DNA of 64,000 nucleotides from Rhynchopus sp. YZ270_cl-10 (Eukaryota), in assembly GCA_964035575.1 (NCBI GenBank), contig OZ037836.1, forward strand, positions 124,001 through 188,000. The letters are read 5' to 3'. The translations under genes were made by a program, and so were the position numbers. The notes under the pieces are model-generated. The model did not search any database and was not told the origin of the DNA. It saw only the letters and a program-made list of their open reading frames with translations. Shown piece by piece: positions 12,530 through 25,265 of this stretch; position 1 is the stretch's first letter, and every line of letters begins with the position of its first letter.

Positions 12530-13078
12530 GGTTCATTTTTTTCAAGGGATTTTTTCCCCGCCGTTATTTTTTCGCGCGAAAATGCCATTTTTGGCACGTT
12601 TCAACCAATACAAACCCGTGGTGACCTCTCTCAGTCAAATTTGTGGTCATTTTCCCCTTGTGACAGAAACTGAGAACAATAAAAAAAAAAGTATACCCCC
12701 TAGCAGTTCTCCGAGGTTCCTCCGTGGTTCTTCCGTGGGTTCTCCATACCCCCTGAATCACACCATTTATTATGTTCTGTACAAAAATGTATGAAGGAAA
12801 AATAATAATAACCCCTTTCATCTTTTGTTTAGTTGGTACGCTACCCACGTCATACGCGTGAAGTACATTCACACAGGCACCGACGATACCTCCCGAAAAA
12901 GCGTGGCGGTGCCGTTAACATGGAACAGCTTTGTGCTGCTTTACTTGTGGAGGAAGTTGGTACCGTGTGTGGGTTTGGTTCTTTTCGCAAAAGGGGAAAA
13001 GAGGGAACTCGCAAGAAAATGGGAGAAGTTGACAAACAGAACATAGTAAGCGGCTCAAGTTTAAAACTCAGGAAACAG

Positions 13079-13417
13079 TTTTATTTTTCCTTCCTTCAAA
13101 ACTACACACACAACGCTTTTTTGGTTTTTGGGAGACACACAAGGTGCCAGGTTCTATGATAAGCACGGAACCACCCTGCACCTGTTTGTCATATTGTTTC
13201 CCGTGCAATACATGGAGAAACGTTTCGCACTCGAAACAAGGTTTTTGAAAAGCTTTTTGATAAAAATTAGCGAAATACAAAAACCAGCGCGTGTGGAAGA
13301 AAAAAGGAGAGGAAAATATTTTTTCTGATTCAAAGTGGTGTTTACGTTTTGGGTACGGGGCGGAGAATAAAATCTGTTCGATAAAAGAAACGCGAGCTTA
13401 TTGTTTTATCTTGTTCA
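13079..13417. mobile_element. Minimal 339-bp non-autonomous element (terminus A joined to terminus B)
   Basis: TTTTATTTTTCCTTCC...TCGAAACAAGG-TTTTTG-AAAAGCTTTTTGATAAA...CTTGTTCA; both halves match the ends of 2302-5081. Confidence 0.85.
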
Positions 13418-14575
13418 TGTAAAAAACCCCGTTCGTATTTTGTTTAGCGACGTCACACTTGACAGCTGTCCATGATAATGGTTGACGCCATGTTCTCTCC
13501 TTGCCTCGTCCAGGCTGTGGCATGTAGTTATCCACGACAGAGTGCTCTACACGCGACGAAGCAGCCTGCTGTCGGTTGTTGCCTTAGCATTCAAAGTGCT
13601 GTGCAAGATACAAAAGGTGCATGCATGAAGCATACACGCTGAACAGTATTGGGAAAGGGGCGTGTCAAAAGGGTCGTGTGTGAGAAGAACACAAAAGTAG
13701 ATGGGAAAACATCCCGTATTTAGCCGTTGTTTGATGTACGAACACATGCATGCCCCAAACCTCCGGAATCCCCAATTGCAGTTTTGATTTATTTCCAGAG
13801 TACCAATGTATACCGCTGGTTTAGTTTGCTCTCGGGGGTATCCATCATATTTCCTATTGGGCCTTTTGCTCATATATTGTTTTATTGACTCAGTAACCTA
13901 CTAGCAACTCTGAGTTCATTAAAACACAAATCGAGAAGAAAGTCGCAGTAGAACAGATACAATGAATTGTTTCATATGCTAACTATTCTACTGAATAGAA
14001 GGTATAATAGGGTGCACTAAATGTACCCAAACTTTGTTTTATTTTACGTTGATAAATGATAAACTGATGACGTGTAGACACCTCGCTTTGTTCTCGTGTG
14101 AACTCCACGCAGCCTTTCCTCGCCTATCTCTCGTTTCGTGGATACTGCTGCTACTTTATGTGGATTGTTTGTTTCTGATAGACAATGAAGATAAGCCTAG
14201 CAGGTTACCTTTTGGGTGGGGGGTTGTTGGGCTGTGCCAGTTTAGTATTCATCGTATTGGTTACCCTTGGGGGGAAAGTACAAAAATGAAAAATACAAAT
14301 TCATATACTTTCAAATAAAATTTGAAAGCATCAGGGAAGTGTATAAAAAACTTTTTTTTTTGAAAAACACCAAACGCTGTTCACAATAATGAACGAAAAA
14401 TTGACAATTTTCCTGATGAAGATGTAATGTATGTGCGAGAGATGGGGAGCACGGGAGGGAAAAAACGACTCGTGGATACTGAAAAATTTCACTAGAAATG
14501 CACGCATGTCTTATAATAATAAAACATAGTTGTTTGAAGCAATGAGCGCCAAGCCTCTCGAAAGAAGCACATGCC

Positions 14576-15658
14576 TCACATGCACACACATTTGCACTCG
14601 ACCATTTCCACGTCGCGGCTATGCACTACGTATTCTGACACAACACTGCTCGATCCGGTGACGTTGACGCCTTTTGTACGTATTTTGCATCCTTTTAGGA
14701 ATCCTGAATGTATATAGCGCACATTGTTCCATCCAGACAAGTCAAGTCTGGTCAATGACTTGCAGTTACTGAGAAACTCGTAGAGGATGGACGTCACATT
14801 GCTCCACCCAGACAAGTCAAGTGTGGTCAACTCATCACATTCGGAGAAGAAGTCGTTGGGAATTGTAGTAACTTTGTTCCACCCAGACAAGTCAGCGGTT
14901 CGCAATGCGCTGCATTCCGTGATGAAGCCCGAGCCCAAATGCGTCACATTCGTCCAACCAGACAAGTCAAGTGTGGTCAATGCTCTGCAGTACTTGAGGA
15001 ACTCGCACCCAACGTGCGTCACATTGGTCCAACTAGATAAGTCAAGTGTGCGCAAAGATCCGCAGTTGAAGAGGAAGTTGATTCCCACGTGCGTCACATT
15101 GCTCCACCCAGATAAGTCAAGTCGCGTCAAGCTTTTGCAGTTGAAGAGGAAGTTGTTCCCCACGTGCGTCAAATTGCTCCACCCAGATAAATCAACAGTG
15201 TGCAATGATCTGCATTTGGAGAAGACGTCGTTGCGTATTGTGGTAACACCTGACACACCACTCAGATCCACTAAACAGCCGTTCAACCTGCCACCAGGTT
15301 TAAAAAAGCTATTGGGGATCTCAGTAACAACCTCCGCCTGCAGAAACAAATGAACCAGCTTGAGATCTTCCAGACCTTCGAACCTCTCTGACGTCAGCCT
15401 TGTCTCACCCAAGTCACGAAGAGCTGCAATGGCGTTGTACTTCTGTGAGTTATTCTTCAGGACGATTGTATCCCCAGCACTCAGCTGCGTGATGTAGTCT
15501 CCTTCGGCCAGCAGCTTCCCTCCGAAGCTCATGTCAAAGCCGTCTTCGCACAACTCTGCTGCAGTCGCCACCTTCCGCCGTATGTCCGCAGTTGTATCAT
15601 CCACACCCACCTCGACTGTGTACTTCTCTCCGTCAAAGCTCTCCACACATATTTCCAT
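14576..15658 (-). CDS. UBL + 8 LRR protein with CaaX tail (ECKCVCM), 360 aa
   Basis: Intact ORF, paralogue of 9515-10960. Confidence 0.9.
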   Translation of the reverse strand: MEICVESFDGEKYTVEVGVDDTTADIRRKVATAAELCEDGFDMSFGGKLLAEGDYITQLSAGDTIVLKNNSQKYNAIAALRDLGETRLTSERFEGLEDLKLVHLFLQAEVVTEIPNSFFKPGGRLNGCLVDLSGVSGVTTIRNDVFSKCRSLHTVDLSGWSNLTHVGNNFLFNCKSLTRLDLSGWSNVTHVGINFLFNCGSLRTLDLSSWTNVTHVGCEFLKYCRALTTLDLSGWTNVTHLGSGFITECSALRTADLSGWNKVTTIPNDFFSECDELTTLDLSGWSNVTSILYEFLSNCKSLTRLDLSGWNNVRYIHSGFLKGCKIRTKGVNVTGSSSVVSEYVVHSRDVEMVECKCVCM

Positions 15659-16737
15659 GGTTTTGTATCTCTCTGTTTTGTGTGGGGTGAAGGTGTTTTG
15701 GGTGGGGCAAGAAGAAACACACCACTTGCAGAACGGGAGTGGAAGGAGACAAGAAGAAGGCAGACATGTTGCCACTGAGACGATAGAGGTGTAAGACAAA
15801 GGGGACACCTCTGTGTGCAGAACTGTATGCTGCAAGGCTGTGATGGGACGGGAGGGATGTCTCTCTCTCTGGGGGTGGGCAAGCGTCAAAAGGGAAGTGG
15901 TAGGGAGTGTGTGTGTGGTGTGCAAGAGACAGCAAACAGTTAAACTGTTACAAGGGGAGAGGTCCTTTGTTTTGCTTTTTTACATTCGTTGTCTTAGTGT
16001 GGACACCCGAGGATGTGCACCACTGTGTGTTCCTTTTGAACTTGACCACCTTCCTTTTTCGTTCATTTGCCTTGATGAGGCATCATCAGTTTTGTATTTT
16101 CACGACTTTTCAGTTTCTCTATCCTCTGCGATATGAAGCGCAAACACGCCGTTTTCAATTTGATTCGCAGACCGATACTGACTCACGAAGTTGCTGTGTC
16201 AAAAAACACCTTCCTCTGCGAGGCGGGATACCACAGCGACAACGTCTATCACTCATGCGCCTATGAGTCGCTCAATGGCGTCATGGCTTTTATCATGACT
16301 ACAGGGGCCCAACCCTGCACATTGCTCTCACAACACGAATCATTCACACAGCACAAACCAAGAGGAAAATGATGTTTTGTTTCACAGTTTTGAACCAACT
16401 AAACGTGACCGCTTCGCACACGAAAACTAGGGAAAGCAGTTTGATAAAAATTAGCGAACACAAAAAACAAGCGCGTGTGGAAGAAAAAAGGAGAGAAGAC
16501 TACTTTCTCTGATTGAAAGTGGGTGTATACGTTATGGGTACGGGGCGGAGAATAAAATCTGTTCGATAAAATACACGAAAGCTTTTTGTTGTATTTTGTT
16601 CAATAAAAAAGTCGTATAATAATTCCTCTTGTGGAAAAGTGCAATTTTAAAAAATGAAAACTGGAAAAGCAAAACATCAAAAAGTTGTTGTTTGAACAGG
16701 CCAATGAGCAGCTAGCCTGTCGAAAGATGCACATGCC

Positions 16738-18177
16738 TCACATGCACACACAATCGCGCTTGTTCTTCTTCTTGAGTCCAAGGCTGTCCACGACACTGCT
16801 CGATCCGGTGACGTTGATGCTGCATTTACGTAAGTTGCATTCGTTGAGTGCTCCTCGCCCAATATGCGTCACACTCGCCCACCCAGATAAGTCCAGTGTT
16901 CGCAACGAGCTGCAATAGGTGATGAAGTCGTATCCAACGTGGGTCACATTGTTCCACCCAGACAAGTTGAGCTTTTTCAGTGAGCTGCAGCCGAAGATGA
17001 AGCTGTTGCCGATATGCGTCACACCCTTCCACGCGGAGAGGTCCAACTCGGTCAATGCACGGCAGCTGGAGAGGAAGTCAGATCCAACGTGCGTTACGTT
17101 GCTCCACCCAGATACATCCAGCTTCGTTAATGAGCTGCACTCGAGGAGGAAGTAGTTCGTAATTTGCGTCACCTTGCTCCACCCAGATACGTCCAGTGTG
17201 GTCAACGAGCTGCAGTTGGAGAGGAAGGAGCTGCCAACCTGCGTCACGTTGCTCCACCCAGACAAGTCAAGTGTTCGCAATGCGCTGCAGTCGGAGAGGA
17301 AGCTATCCTCAATTTGCGTGACGTTGTTCCACCCAGAAATATCAAGTGTGGTCAACGAGCTGCATTCCTTCAGGAAGGCACTCCCAACATGTACCACATT
17401 CTTCCACCCAGATAAGTCCAGTGCTGTCAAGGCACGGCAGTTGTAGAGGAAGGAGCGGTCAATGTGTGTTACATTGCTGCACCCAGTGATGTCAAGTGTG
17501 TGCAATGCGCTGCAGTCGGAGAGGAAGTTGTTCTCAATGTGCGTCACCTTGTTCCACCCAGATAAGTCCAGTGCGGTCAAGGCACGGCATTTGTAGAGGA
17601 AGGCAAATGGGATATGTGTCACATTGTTCCACCCAGACACGTCAAGGGTTCGCAATGCGCTGCAGTCGGAGAGGAAGGAGAACCCGGTGTGGGCCACATT
17701 GCTCCACCCAGATAAATCAGCTGTGTGCAATGAGTTGCAGTCGTTCAAGAATTTGCCGCGTATTTTGGTCACACCTGACACACCGCTGAGTTGAAGTTCT
17801 GCGAACGTGCCTCCTTTGAAGGAGCCTTCGGGAATCTCAGTAACAACCTCCGCCTGCAGAAACAAATGAATCAGCTTGGGATCTGCAAGACGCTTGAACC
17901 TTTCTGACGTCAGCCTTGTCTCACCCAAGTCACGAAGAGCTGCAATGGCGTCGTCCTTCCGCGACGTCTTCTTCTTCAGCACAACTGTGTCCCCAGCACT
18001 CAGCTGCGTCGTGTCGTCTCCTGCGGCCAGAAGCTTCTCTCCGAAGCTCATGTCAAAGCCGTCTTCGCACAACTCTGCTGCAGTCGCCACCTTCCGCCGT
18101 ATGTCCGCAGTTGTATCATCCACACCCACCTCGACTGTGTACTTCTCTCCGTCAAAGCTCTCCACACATATTTCCAT
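16738..18177 (-). CDS. UBL + 13 LRR protein with polybasic CaaX tail, 479 aa
   Basis: Intact ORF; the 3' two-thirds is near-identical to 9515-10960. Confidence 0.9.
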   Translation of the reverse strand: MEICVESFDGEKYTVEVGVDDTTADIRRKVATAAELCEDGFDMSFGEKLLAAGDDTTQLSAGDTVVLKKKTSRKDDAIAALRDLGETRLTSERFKRLADPKLIHLFLQAEVVTEIPEGSFKGGTFAELQLSGVSGVTKIRGKFLNDCNSLHTADLSGWSNVAHTGFSFLSDCSALRTLDVSGWNNVTHIPFAFLYKCRALTALDLSGWNKVTHIENNFLSDCSALHTLDITGCSNVTHIDRSFLYNCRALTALDLSGWKNVVHVGSAFLKECSSLTTLDISGWNNVTQIEDSFLSDCSALRTLDLSGWSNVTQVGSSFLSNCSSLTTLDVSGWSKVTQITNYFLLECSSLTKLDVSGWSNVTHVGSDFLSSCRALTELDLSAWKGVTHIGNSFIFGCSSLKKLNLSGWNNVTHVGYDFITYCSSLRTLDLSGWASVTHIGRGALNECNLRKCSINVTGSSSVVDSLGLKKKNKRDCVCM

Positions 18178-18765
18178 GGTTCTGTGTCTCTCTGTTTCAG
18201 GTGTTTTGGGGGCAAGAAAAAACAACAAAACAGGTACGGGATACGTGGACAACACCTCCACATTGGCCTCATGCGGGAGGTGGGGAAGGCCCTCTTGACG
18301 TGGGACACTCTGACAGACTAATGACTTTGTGGATGCCATCATTATGCCTGACACCGTACATGAGATCACCCCCAGCAAGGCAAGACTATGTTTGTCGTTA
18401 GCTGGTTTCTGTATTGCACAATGCCATCAACTGCACATCGCCTTATACTAGGGTGGTCAACGTTGTACATAACGTAGCAACACACATATTGAATATACTA
18501 TCGAACAATAAGAAATTGTCCTACAAGACAGCCATGAAGGAGACCTTCGCACTTAAAAGGGGGGCGGTAGAAAGTATGTGTGTGGCTGTGGTGTGCCAGA
18601 GACAAACAGTCGGGGGAGAGGTGTATTGTTTTGTTTCTTGTTGCTTGTTCGCATTGTAGTGTAGCAGGAGGAAAAGTGGAGGAAAAAACATCAATTAAAT
18701 GAGAGGGGGTATTGAACATGTGATGTGTATAGGTTATGGCACATTCAAGTCAGTCACAGAAGTGC

Positions 18766-20505
18766 TCACTGCTTCGCCACGTCCTCGTACACAGGAACCT
18801 TCAGAACAACTCTCGCACACACCGCAACGGTCAGTGGCGTGTCTGCACAGTCACCCTTCGCTGCCTCCGCCGCCACCTGCTCTGCAGTCGCAGCACCCCT
18901 CAGGTACCCACGCACCGCTGTGTTGTACGCATCCCAACGCTTCTCACCGCCAATAACGTACATCCACTCATCGTCGTCAACAATGTCAGCCTCGTTGTCA
19001 GACAACACAAGCTCTGCAACGATTTCAGCTTCGCAGTCCTGCGACACTTCCACCTTGCACGGAAGCAGACGCAGGTCGTGTTCGCACTCAGCATCGCTGA
19101 AGCAAATACGGTTGCACAGCACGCCGCAGCCAAACACACGTCCTGCACGTTCAATGAGGTGCACGTCACGCACCAGTGTGCCCACCATGCTGAAGCGGCG
19201 CATCACTTCACACCCCATGTCACCACGCAGCAGCTTCCCAGTCGCTATCCCGACGTTGAACGCTGCTGACATGTGTTCCCCACCCGTCCGCCGCAGCACT
19301 GTTGCTGCGTGCAGTGCTGAGGTGGCGTGGTTTGCACACTTCCGCGACGCGTTGAACGAGCAGTGCACCCTGTCCCCGACAAACACGTCCACCATCCCGT
19401 GCCTTGTTGCCGTGGCGTTCAACGCGTTCAGCAGCACTGCCGTGAACAGCTCAGAGAAGCGTGTACCGTCCTCCGACACGAGACGCAGTGTGTCCTTCAC
19501 GTTCACTGTGAACAGTGTTGCCTTTGTAAACGTGAGGCCCAGGACACGCGCCACCGCGTCTTGTTTCACATCGATGCTGCTTCCTGTGTGCGTGCTGCTA
19601 GCACTTCCTCCTGAAAAAGAACTTGAAGTACTGCTCACCTGTGTCACAGACGTGTCGGTGTCCTCCTCCTCTGCAAACGGTAGACACGTGGCCGGCAGGT
19701 ACGCCTTGTACACACGCAGGTTCTGCTCCAACCTCCGCAGTGCCACTGTCATCCCCACAGGCAGGTCTGCACCGTGCTGCTCCAGCAACGCCGCCACCTG
19801 CTCCACGTCGTAGCCTGCCAGCAGTGTTGCGATCTCCTGCACAGTGTCAATCGTCCGCTCCATTGTTGCCTGCTCCTTCAGCACGTCTCGTGCAAAGCCT
19901 CTGGTTGCGATGAAGTCAACGATGAAGACCATTATCGACATCATCAGCGGCGTGGTCTGCGTATTAGCACACGGCGGCGACGCGCAGGAACACATTTTCT
20001 CCAACTCCCTGAACCTCACGTCCTGCGGGTACAAGCCCGGCACATCGAACACACCTCCACGGTAACGTGCTTCCACCTGCATCACGACGAGCCACACCAC
20101 CGTCACCACCACAAGCCCAATGCTGTACCGCTGATGCACCTGCAAGACAAGAAGCAGGTCCACTATAATGACAACCAGTATCCACATGAACCCGATGCTG
20201 ACCGTACGCGCGTTCACATCCGACACAAAGACGCCTAGCGCATAGGTATAGCACGTCGTGACGATAACTGCAGTGGACAGCGGCCGCTTCGCAAGCACGT
20301 ATACCACACACAGGATGGCGACGAACAGGGCTAGTGCCGACGGGAATAATTGCCCAAAGCGCAGCGGTGAGAGTGATGAAGGCACCACGAAGCACATGAA
20401 CATAATCACCGTCACGTTGATCGTCAAGAAGAGCCGCCGGCGCTGAGCCTCCTTAGCATCAACACTGCCGTCCAGCGAGAATACATTCTGCAGCGCGCGA
20501 CGCAT
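18766..20505 (-). CDS. Multi-TM class III adenylate/guanylate cyclase-like protein (degenerate active site), 579 aa
   Basis: About 6 hydrophobic segments, then ATLFTVNV, HGMVDVFVGDRVHCSFN, NVGIATGKLLRGDMG, FSMVGTLV...IE in cyclase motif order. Start set at MRRALQNVF by alignment with the paralogue. Confidence 0.8.
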   Translation of the reverse strand: MRRALQNVFSLDGSVDAKEAQRRRLFLTINVTVIMFMCFVVPSSLSPLRFGQLFPSALALFVAILCVVYVLAKRPLSTAVIVTTCYTYALGVFVSDVNARTVSIGFMWILVVIIVDLLLVLQVHQRYSIGLVVVTVVWLVVMQVEARYRGGVFDVPGLYPQDVRFRELEKMCSCASPPCANTQTTPLMMSIMVFIVDFIATRGFARDVLKEQATMERTIDTVQEIATLLAGYDVEQVAALLEQHGADLPVGMTVALRRLEQNLRVYKAYLPATCLPFAEEEDTDTSVTQVSSTSSSFSGGSASSTHTGSSIDVKQDAVARVLGLTFTKATLFTVNVKDTLRLVSEDGTRFSELFTAVLLNALNATATRHGMVDVFVGDRVHCSFNASRKCANHATSALHAATVLRRTGGEHMSAAFNVGIATGKLLRGDMGCEVMRRFSMVGTLVRDVHLIERAGRVFGCGVLCNRICFSDAECEHDLRLLPCKVEVSQDCEAEIVAELVLSDNEADIVDDDEWMYVIGGEKRWDAYNTAVRGYLRGAATAEQVAAEAAKGDCADTPLTVAVCARVVLKVPVYEDVAKQ

Positions 20506-20932
20506 GCTGGTTGGACACTGAAGGGGTCTCGGCAGATGAAGGGTGAGAGGCAGCAACCACAACGTGGCGTACAAGGGTGACCGGGGAGGCCCTGAGGGGT
20601 ATAGGGAGATGGGGAGAGTGTTGTGATATTGTGAAAAGGAATTAATGTACCATTATCTCAGGATGTCAGTAGTTATGTGTGTGGGCGAAATTGGGAAAAA
20701 ATGCCGTAAAGGTACTACATGGAGGTGCGTGCCCGTCGCTAGTGAAGAGGTCGGCTGTCATGAGATAGGGACAAGGCATTCCATGAAATATGCTGCGAAT
20801 CCAATTAAATGCCTGCAACGATGCTTTGCAAGTAACAGCCAGAAAGCCGAATTTAAAGAGATGCAGTAAGAGCAAGCCCTCTTTGTGAAAAAGTTTTGCA
20901 CATGTGAAATGTAAAAAAAAAGGGAGGGGTAA

Positions 20933-21420
20933 CAGTCTGCAGACTAAGGATTGGGGGTCTGGTAATTAATTAATTAAATGCTAGTCTGCACGGGGTTTCG
21001 TAACAAACAATGCAGGCGAAAACGCCGTTATTTGCATTTTTGGGCCGATCCCAGTCAGTGGTGGGGTCAATCTAAAATGGATAAAATTTTAATGACTTAA
21101 ATTTTGGACAATATGAGCCCGGTCACTAATAGCTGGGGCCCATTTTCGGCCAAAAATTTCCTCAAAATCCGGGTTTGTAATATTGACTTCACTTTCGGTT
21201 ACCCTACAGGTGGGGTGAAGGAAGGTTGTGGAAAAGGGTCCTTATTTGCATTTTTGGGATCCGCCCGTGCAGTGGTGGGGTCAATCTCGAAAATTGGACA
21301 ATTTTTTGACCACTTAAAATTTGAGAAATATGAGCCCGGTTACTTATACGTGGGGCCCATTTTCAAAAAAAATCGGGTGGGTATTGTAATTAATTAAATG
21401 ATTTCTTAGTCTGCAGTCTG
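20933..21420. mobile_element. hAT-type MITE, 488 bp
   Basis: TIRs CAGTCTGCAGACTAAG / CTTAGTCTGCAGTCTG (1 mismatch); perfect 8-bp TSD AGGGGTAA at 20925-20932 and 21421-21428. Confidence 0.85.
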
Positions 21421-21965
21421 AGGGGTAATTTAGAGAATGAAAACACGAACGACCTGAGCATCCCCTGCAAGAGACCACAAGAACTGTGCCTCTGCGAAGA
21501 CGAGCCCATACTGCACTCAGTCTCATCACTAGGGATCAACCAAGATCTTGACTCAAGCAGGACCACCAAGTATACATTCACGAGAACGCGCACACGTGAA
21601 GACAAAACAGACAGCTTCCGGACAACAAAAGGAAAAAGTGTGTAGAGGGAAAACAGACAAGAACGAGAAGGGAGCTCGGTAAGATTACTAAGTTAGCCAC
21701 AATAACAAAACCACAACTAAACAAAGGGTCGTGTATGGTGTACGTGTAGAGAATATAAAACAATTGCACATAACAGGCACTTCCAGGTAATAGGGTGCTT
21801 GCGTGCCTGGTAGTGTAGCAGGGGGAAAAGTGGAGAAAAAAACATCAATAAATGAGAGGAAGTATTGAACATGTGATGTGTAAAGGTTATGGCACATTCA
21901 AGTCAGTCGCGGAGCCAGTGTGCAGAATATCCATCCAGGAGATCAAAGTAGGCCCAGTCAGATGC

Positions 21966-23738
21966 TCACTGCTTCGCCACGTCCTCGTACACAGGAACCT
22001 TCAGAACAACTCTCGCACACACCGCAACGGTCAGTGGCGTGTCTGCACAGTCACCCTTCGCTGCCTCCGCCGCCACCTGCTCTGCAGTCGCAGCACCCCT
22101 CAGGTACCCACGCACCGCTGTGTTGTACGCATCCCAACGCTTCTCACCGCCAATAACGTACATCCACTCATCGTCGTCAACAATGTCAGCCTCGTTGTCA
22201 GACAACACAAGCTCCGCAACGATCTCAGCTTCGCAGTTCTGCGACACTTCCACCTTGCACGGAAGCAGACGCAGGTCGTGTTCGCACTCAGCATCGCTGA
22301 AGCAAATACGGTTGCACAGCACGCCGCAGCCAAACACACGTCCTGCACGTTCAATGAGGTGCACGTCACGCACCAGTGTGCCCACCATGCTGAAGCGGCG
22401 CATCACTTCACACCCCATGTCACCACGCAGCAGCTTCCCAGTCGCTATCCCGACGTTGAACGCTGCTGACATGTGTTCCCCACCCGTCCGCCGCAGCACT
22501 GTTGCTGCGTGCAGTGCTGAGGTGGCGTGGTTTGCACACTTCCGCGACGCGTTGAACGAGCAGTGCACCCTGTCCCCGACAAACACGTCCACCATCCCGT
22601 GCCTTGTTGCCGTGGCGTTCAACGCGTTCAGCAGCACTGCCGTGAACAGCTCAGAGAAGCGTGTACCGTCCTCCGACACAAGACGCAGCGTGTCCTTCAC
22701 GTTCACTGTGAACAGTGTTGCCTTTGTAAATGTGAGGCCCAGGACACGCGCCACCGCGTCTTGTTTCATATCGATGCTGCGCGTCTGCTTCCTCCCGTGT
22801 GCGTGCTGCTGACACTTCCTCCTGAAAAAGAACTTGAAGTACTGCTCACCTGTGTCACAGATGTGTCGGTGTCCTCCTCCTCTGCAAACGGCAGACACGT
22901 GGCCGGCAGGTACGCCTTGTACACACGCAGGTTCTGCTCCAGCCTCCACAGTGCCACTGTCATCCCCACAGGCAGCTCGTGTTCGTGCTGCTCCAGAAGC
23001 GCCGCCACCTGCTCCACGTCGTAGCCTGCCAGCAGTGTTGCGATCTCCTGCACGGCGTTGATGGTGCGTTCCATGGACGCCTGCTCCTTCAGCACGTCAC
23101 GTGCAAAGCCTCTGGTTGCGATGAAGTCAATGATGAAGACGGATGTGGCGATGAGAAAGAGACGCAACGACGCACCCACTGGCAGTGGGCACGGTAGATC
23201 CGTGCAGTGCGACCTGACATCCAAGTACTCCCGCCTGCTGCCGTCGCCCTCCTGCGGCACGAGCCCGGGTACGTCCAAGAGCCCAAACCTGAACACATCC
23301 TCCGCAGCAAGCAGCAGCAGCCAGCACGTCATCACTACGACAAGCACGGAGACGACACGTTCCTGCACCTGCATCACGAGGAGGAAGTCCACAAGCAGCA
23401 CGACCATTGGCCACACTGTGTTGGAAGTGCTGCGCGCTGAAAGGTCCTGAAGCAGACAGCCAACAAAAAGAATGACGGCTATAGGCACAATCAGGGTTTC
23501 TGTTAAGGCACGTTTACACAGGATGCAGCAAGTTGCGAAGAAGCACGTGAACAGGATGATGAACAACGCCAGCACAGCGACCGCACGGTCTGCAACCTCC
23601 TGACCGGCATACGACAGGATCGACACAGCGGAGAACAAACAGCACACAACGTTGAACACACAAGAAGAGCGTCCGCCGTTTGCGTTCCTTGCTTCCCACA
23701 GTGCCGTCCAGCGACAGTGCAGACTCCAGACAGCGCAT
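21966..23738 (-). pseudogene. Frameshifted paralogue of the TM cyclase-like gene
   Basis: MRCLESALSLDGTVGSKERKRRTLFL aligns with MRRALQNVFSLDGSVDAKEAQRRRLFL. Frameshifts near 23660 (TG run) and near 22780 (11 extra nt vs the paralogue). Cyclase region near-identical to 18766-19925. Confidence 0.8.
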
Positions 23739-24363
23739 ATTTGCTTAAAAAACACCTGGTGGAAGAAAAGAAGTGGATACTGACATGATAGATGCCCACA
23801 TCGACACATGGAGGGTGTATGAGGTTATACCAAGACCTTTGCATAAGTAAGATCACCAAGTGTTCATTACTTGGATACGTCCCGCTGCTATTCCTTTGCA
23901 ACCTATGGAGTCTGCTGAGTGTTTAGTGCACCCGAAGGGCATCCAAAAGCAGCTAGACAAGAGTGCCATGGCTCTGTCATGAGCGCAGTTTTGGGCGAAA
24001 AATACACAGACCATCCGGCAAAAAAAAAGGATAAAAGAAGCGTTGCTGGGTACAACATGGACGCATACAACAACCCTCTCGTATGACAAAGTGTACTTTG
24101 GTACAATGACCGGTGCTCCGTGGGTGGACCCCCTACATCCATTTCGAGGTGAACATAATAATGTGATAATAAAGGGATAAAAAAAGCAACAGGGGGAGAC
24201 TTACCGGGGGTGGTGTGTGGTGGGCCTTTTATTCACTCTAACGTCGGTTAAGATATTGTCTTCATGCATGAAGAAGAAGAGCATGCTGTACCCTCGAATT
24301 TTGTATTTTTAAAAAAAAATCGTTTTTTTTTGGTGTCTCACAATCGCGTGTCTTTATAATACC

Positions 24364-24575
24364 GTATCTATTGTCTATAAAAATGTTGGACCAAAAAAAA
24401 AGTGGGACTTTTTGAGAATTTTGAGAATTGGGAGCCTTTTTCCGGTCAGGAGTAGAACTAGCACTTCGGAGTTCTGTCCTTACTTCAAAAACTCTAAAAA
24501 GTGTGGAATTTAAAGGATTTTTGCACCATATTCAATTGGGACTTTTTTCCCGGGTCCAACATTTTTTATAGATAC
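24364..24575. mobile_element. Probable small MITE
   Basis: Inverted repeats TCTATAAAAATGTTGGACC (24374-24392) and GGTCCAACATTTTTTATAGA (24553-24572); TSD not clear. Confidence 0.45.
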
Positions 24576-25265
24576 TGGCGTGGGCCGAAAAAAAAAACAA
24601 AGTGTCACTTTGCTGTACTTTCGTTTGTACCCCTAGTCTAGGCTAGAAGTACTGTTTTAGGGCTGTTTCCACGCCACACCAGATACAGTAAATTTATGAA
24701 CATCACGCGCGCGAGTGTTGGCAGAGAGTGAGCAAAGGGGATTGTGTGGAGGGGGAGAGGGGAGGGGTTTTTTCGATGCGCGTACCCCCATCCGGTGATA
24801 GGTGATACAATACATGGTCTTGTGGAGGGGGAGAGGACAAACCAGAAGAGAGCGGTTCCTTTAACAAAGATGCATGTGGGAATGTGCTGAAGCGAGCAGC
24901 GTACATATCATCTTGTAAAATGACAACTCAAAGGAAGTAAAAGAAAAACGTCAGCTACTCCCTTTTCTCTCCTTAAAAAAAAATATCTGAAAAAGAGCTA
25001 TTAAAAAAAGGGGATAATAGTTGCAACAGTTGTTTTGTGGTTTTGGTGTTGCAACACGAGATGCGGGCCAACGCCAAATGTATGGATCACTCAAATTCAC
25101 TAAGATGGAAAAAGAAGAAGCAGTAAGGGGGAATATCATTATCGAACTTATTCCACATTACGCAACAATCCCACAACGAAAAAGAAAAAAATGCACAAAA
25201 ACAATACTCTTGCAAGAAGCCTTCTAAAGGTTGATTTATTTCGTAAAAATGTCTCCTATTCTTTT

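Noticed and set aside
22770..22800. Tiny intron or programmed frameshift restoring the second cyclase gene
   Set aside because: Only 11 extra nt, no splice signals, and a second independent frameshift upstream; a pseudogene or sequencing error is simpler.
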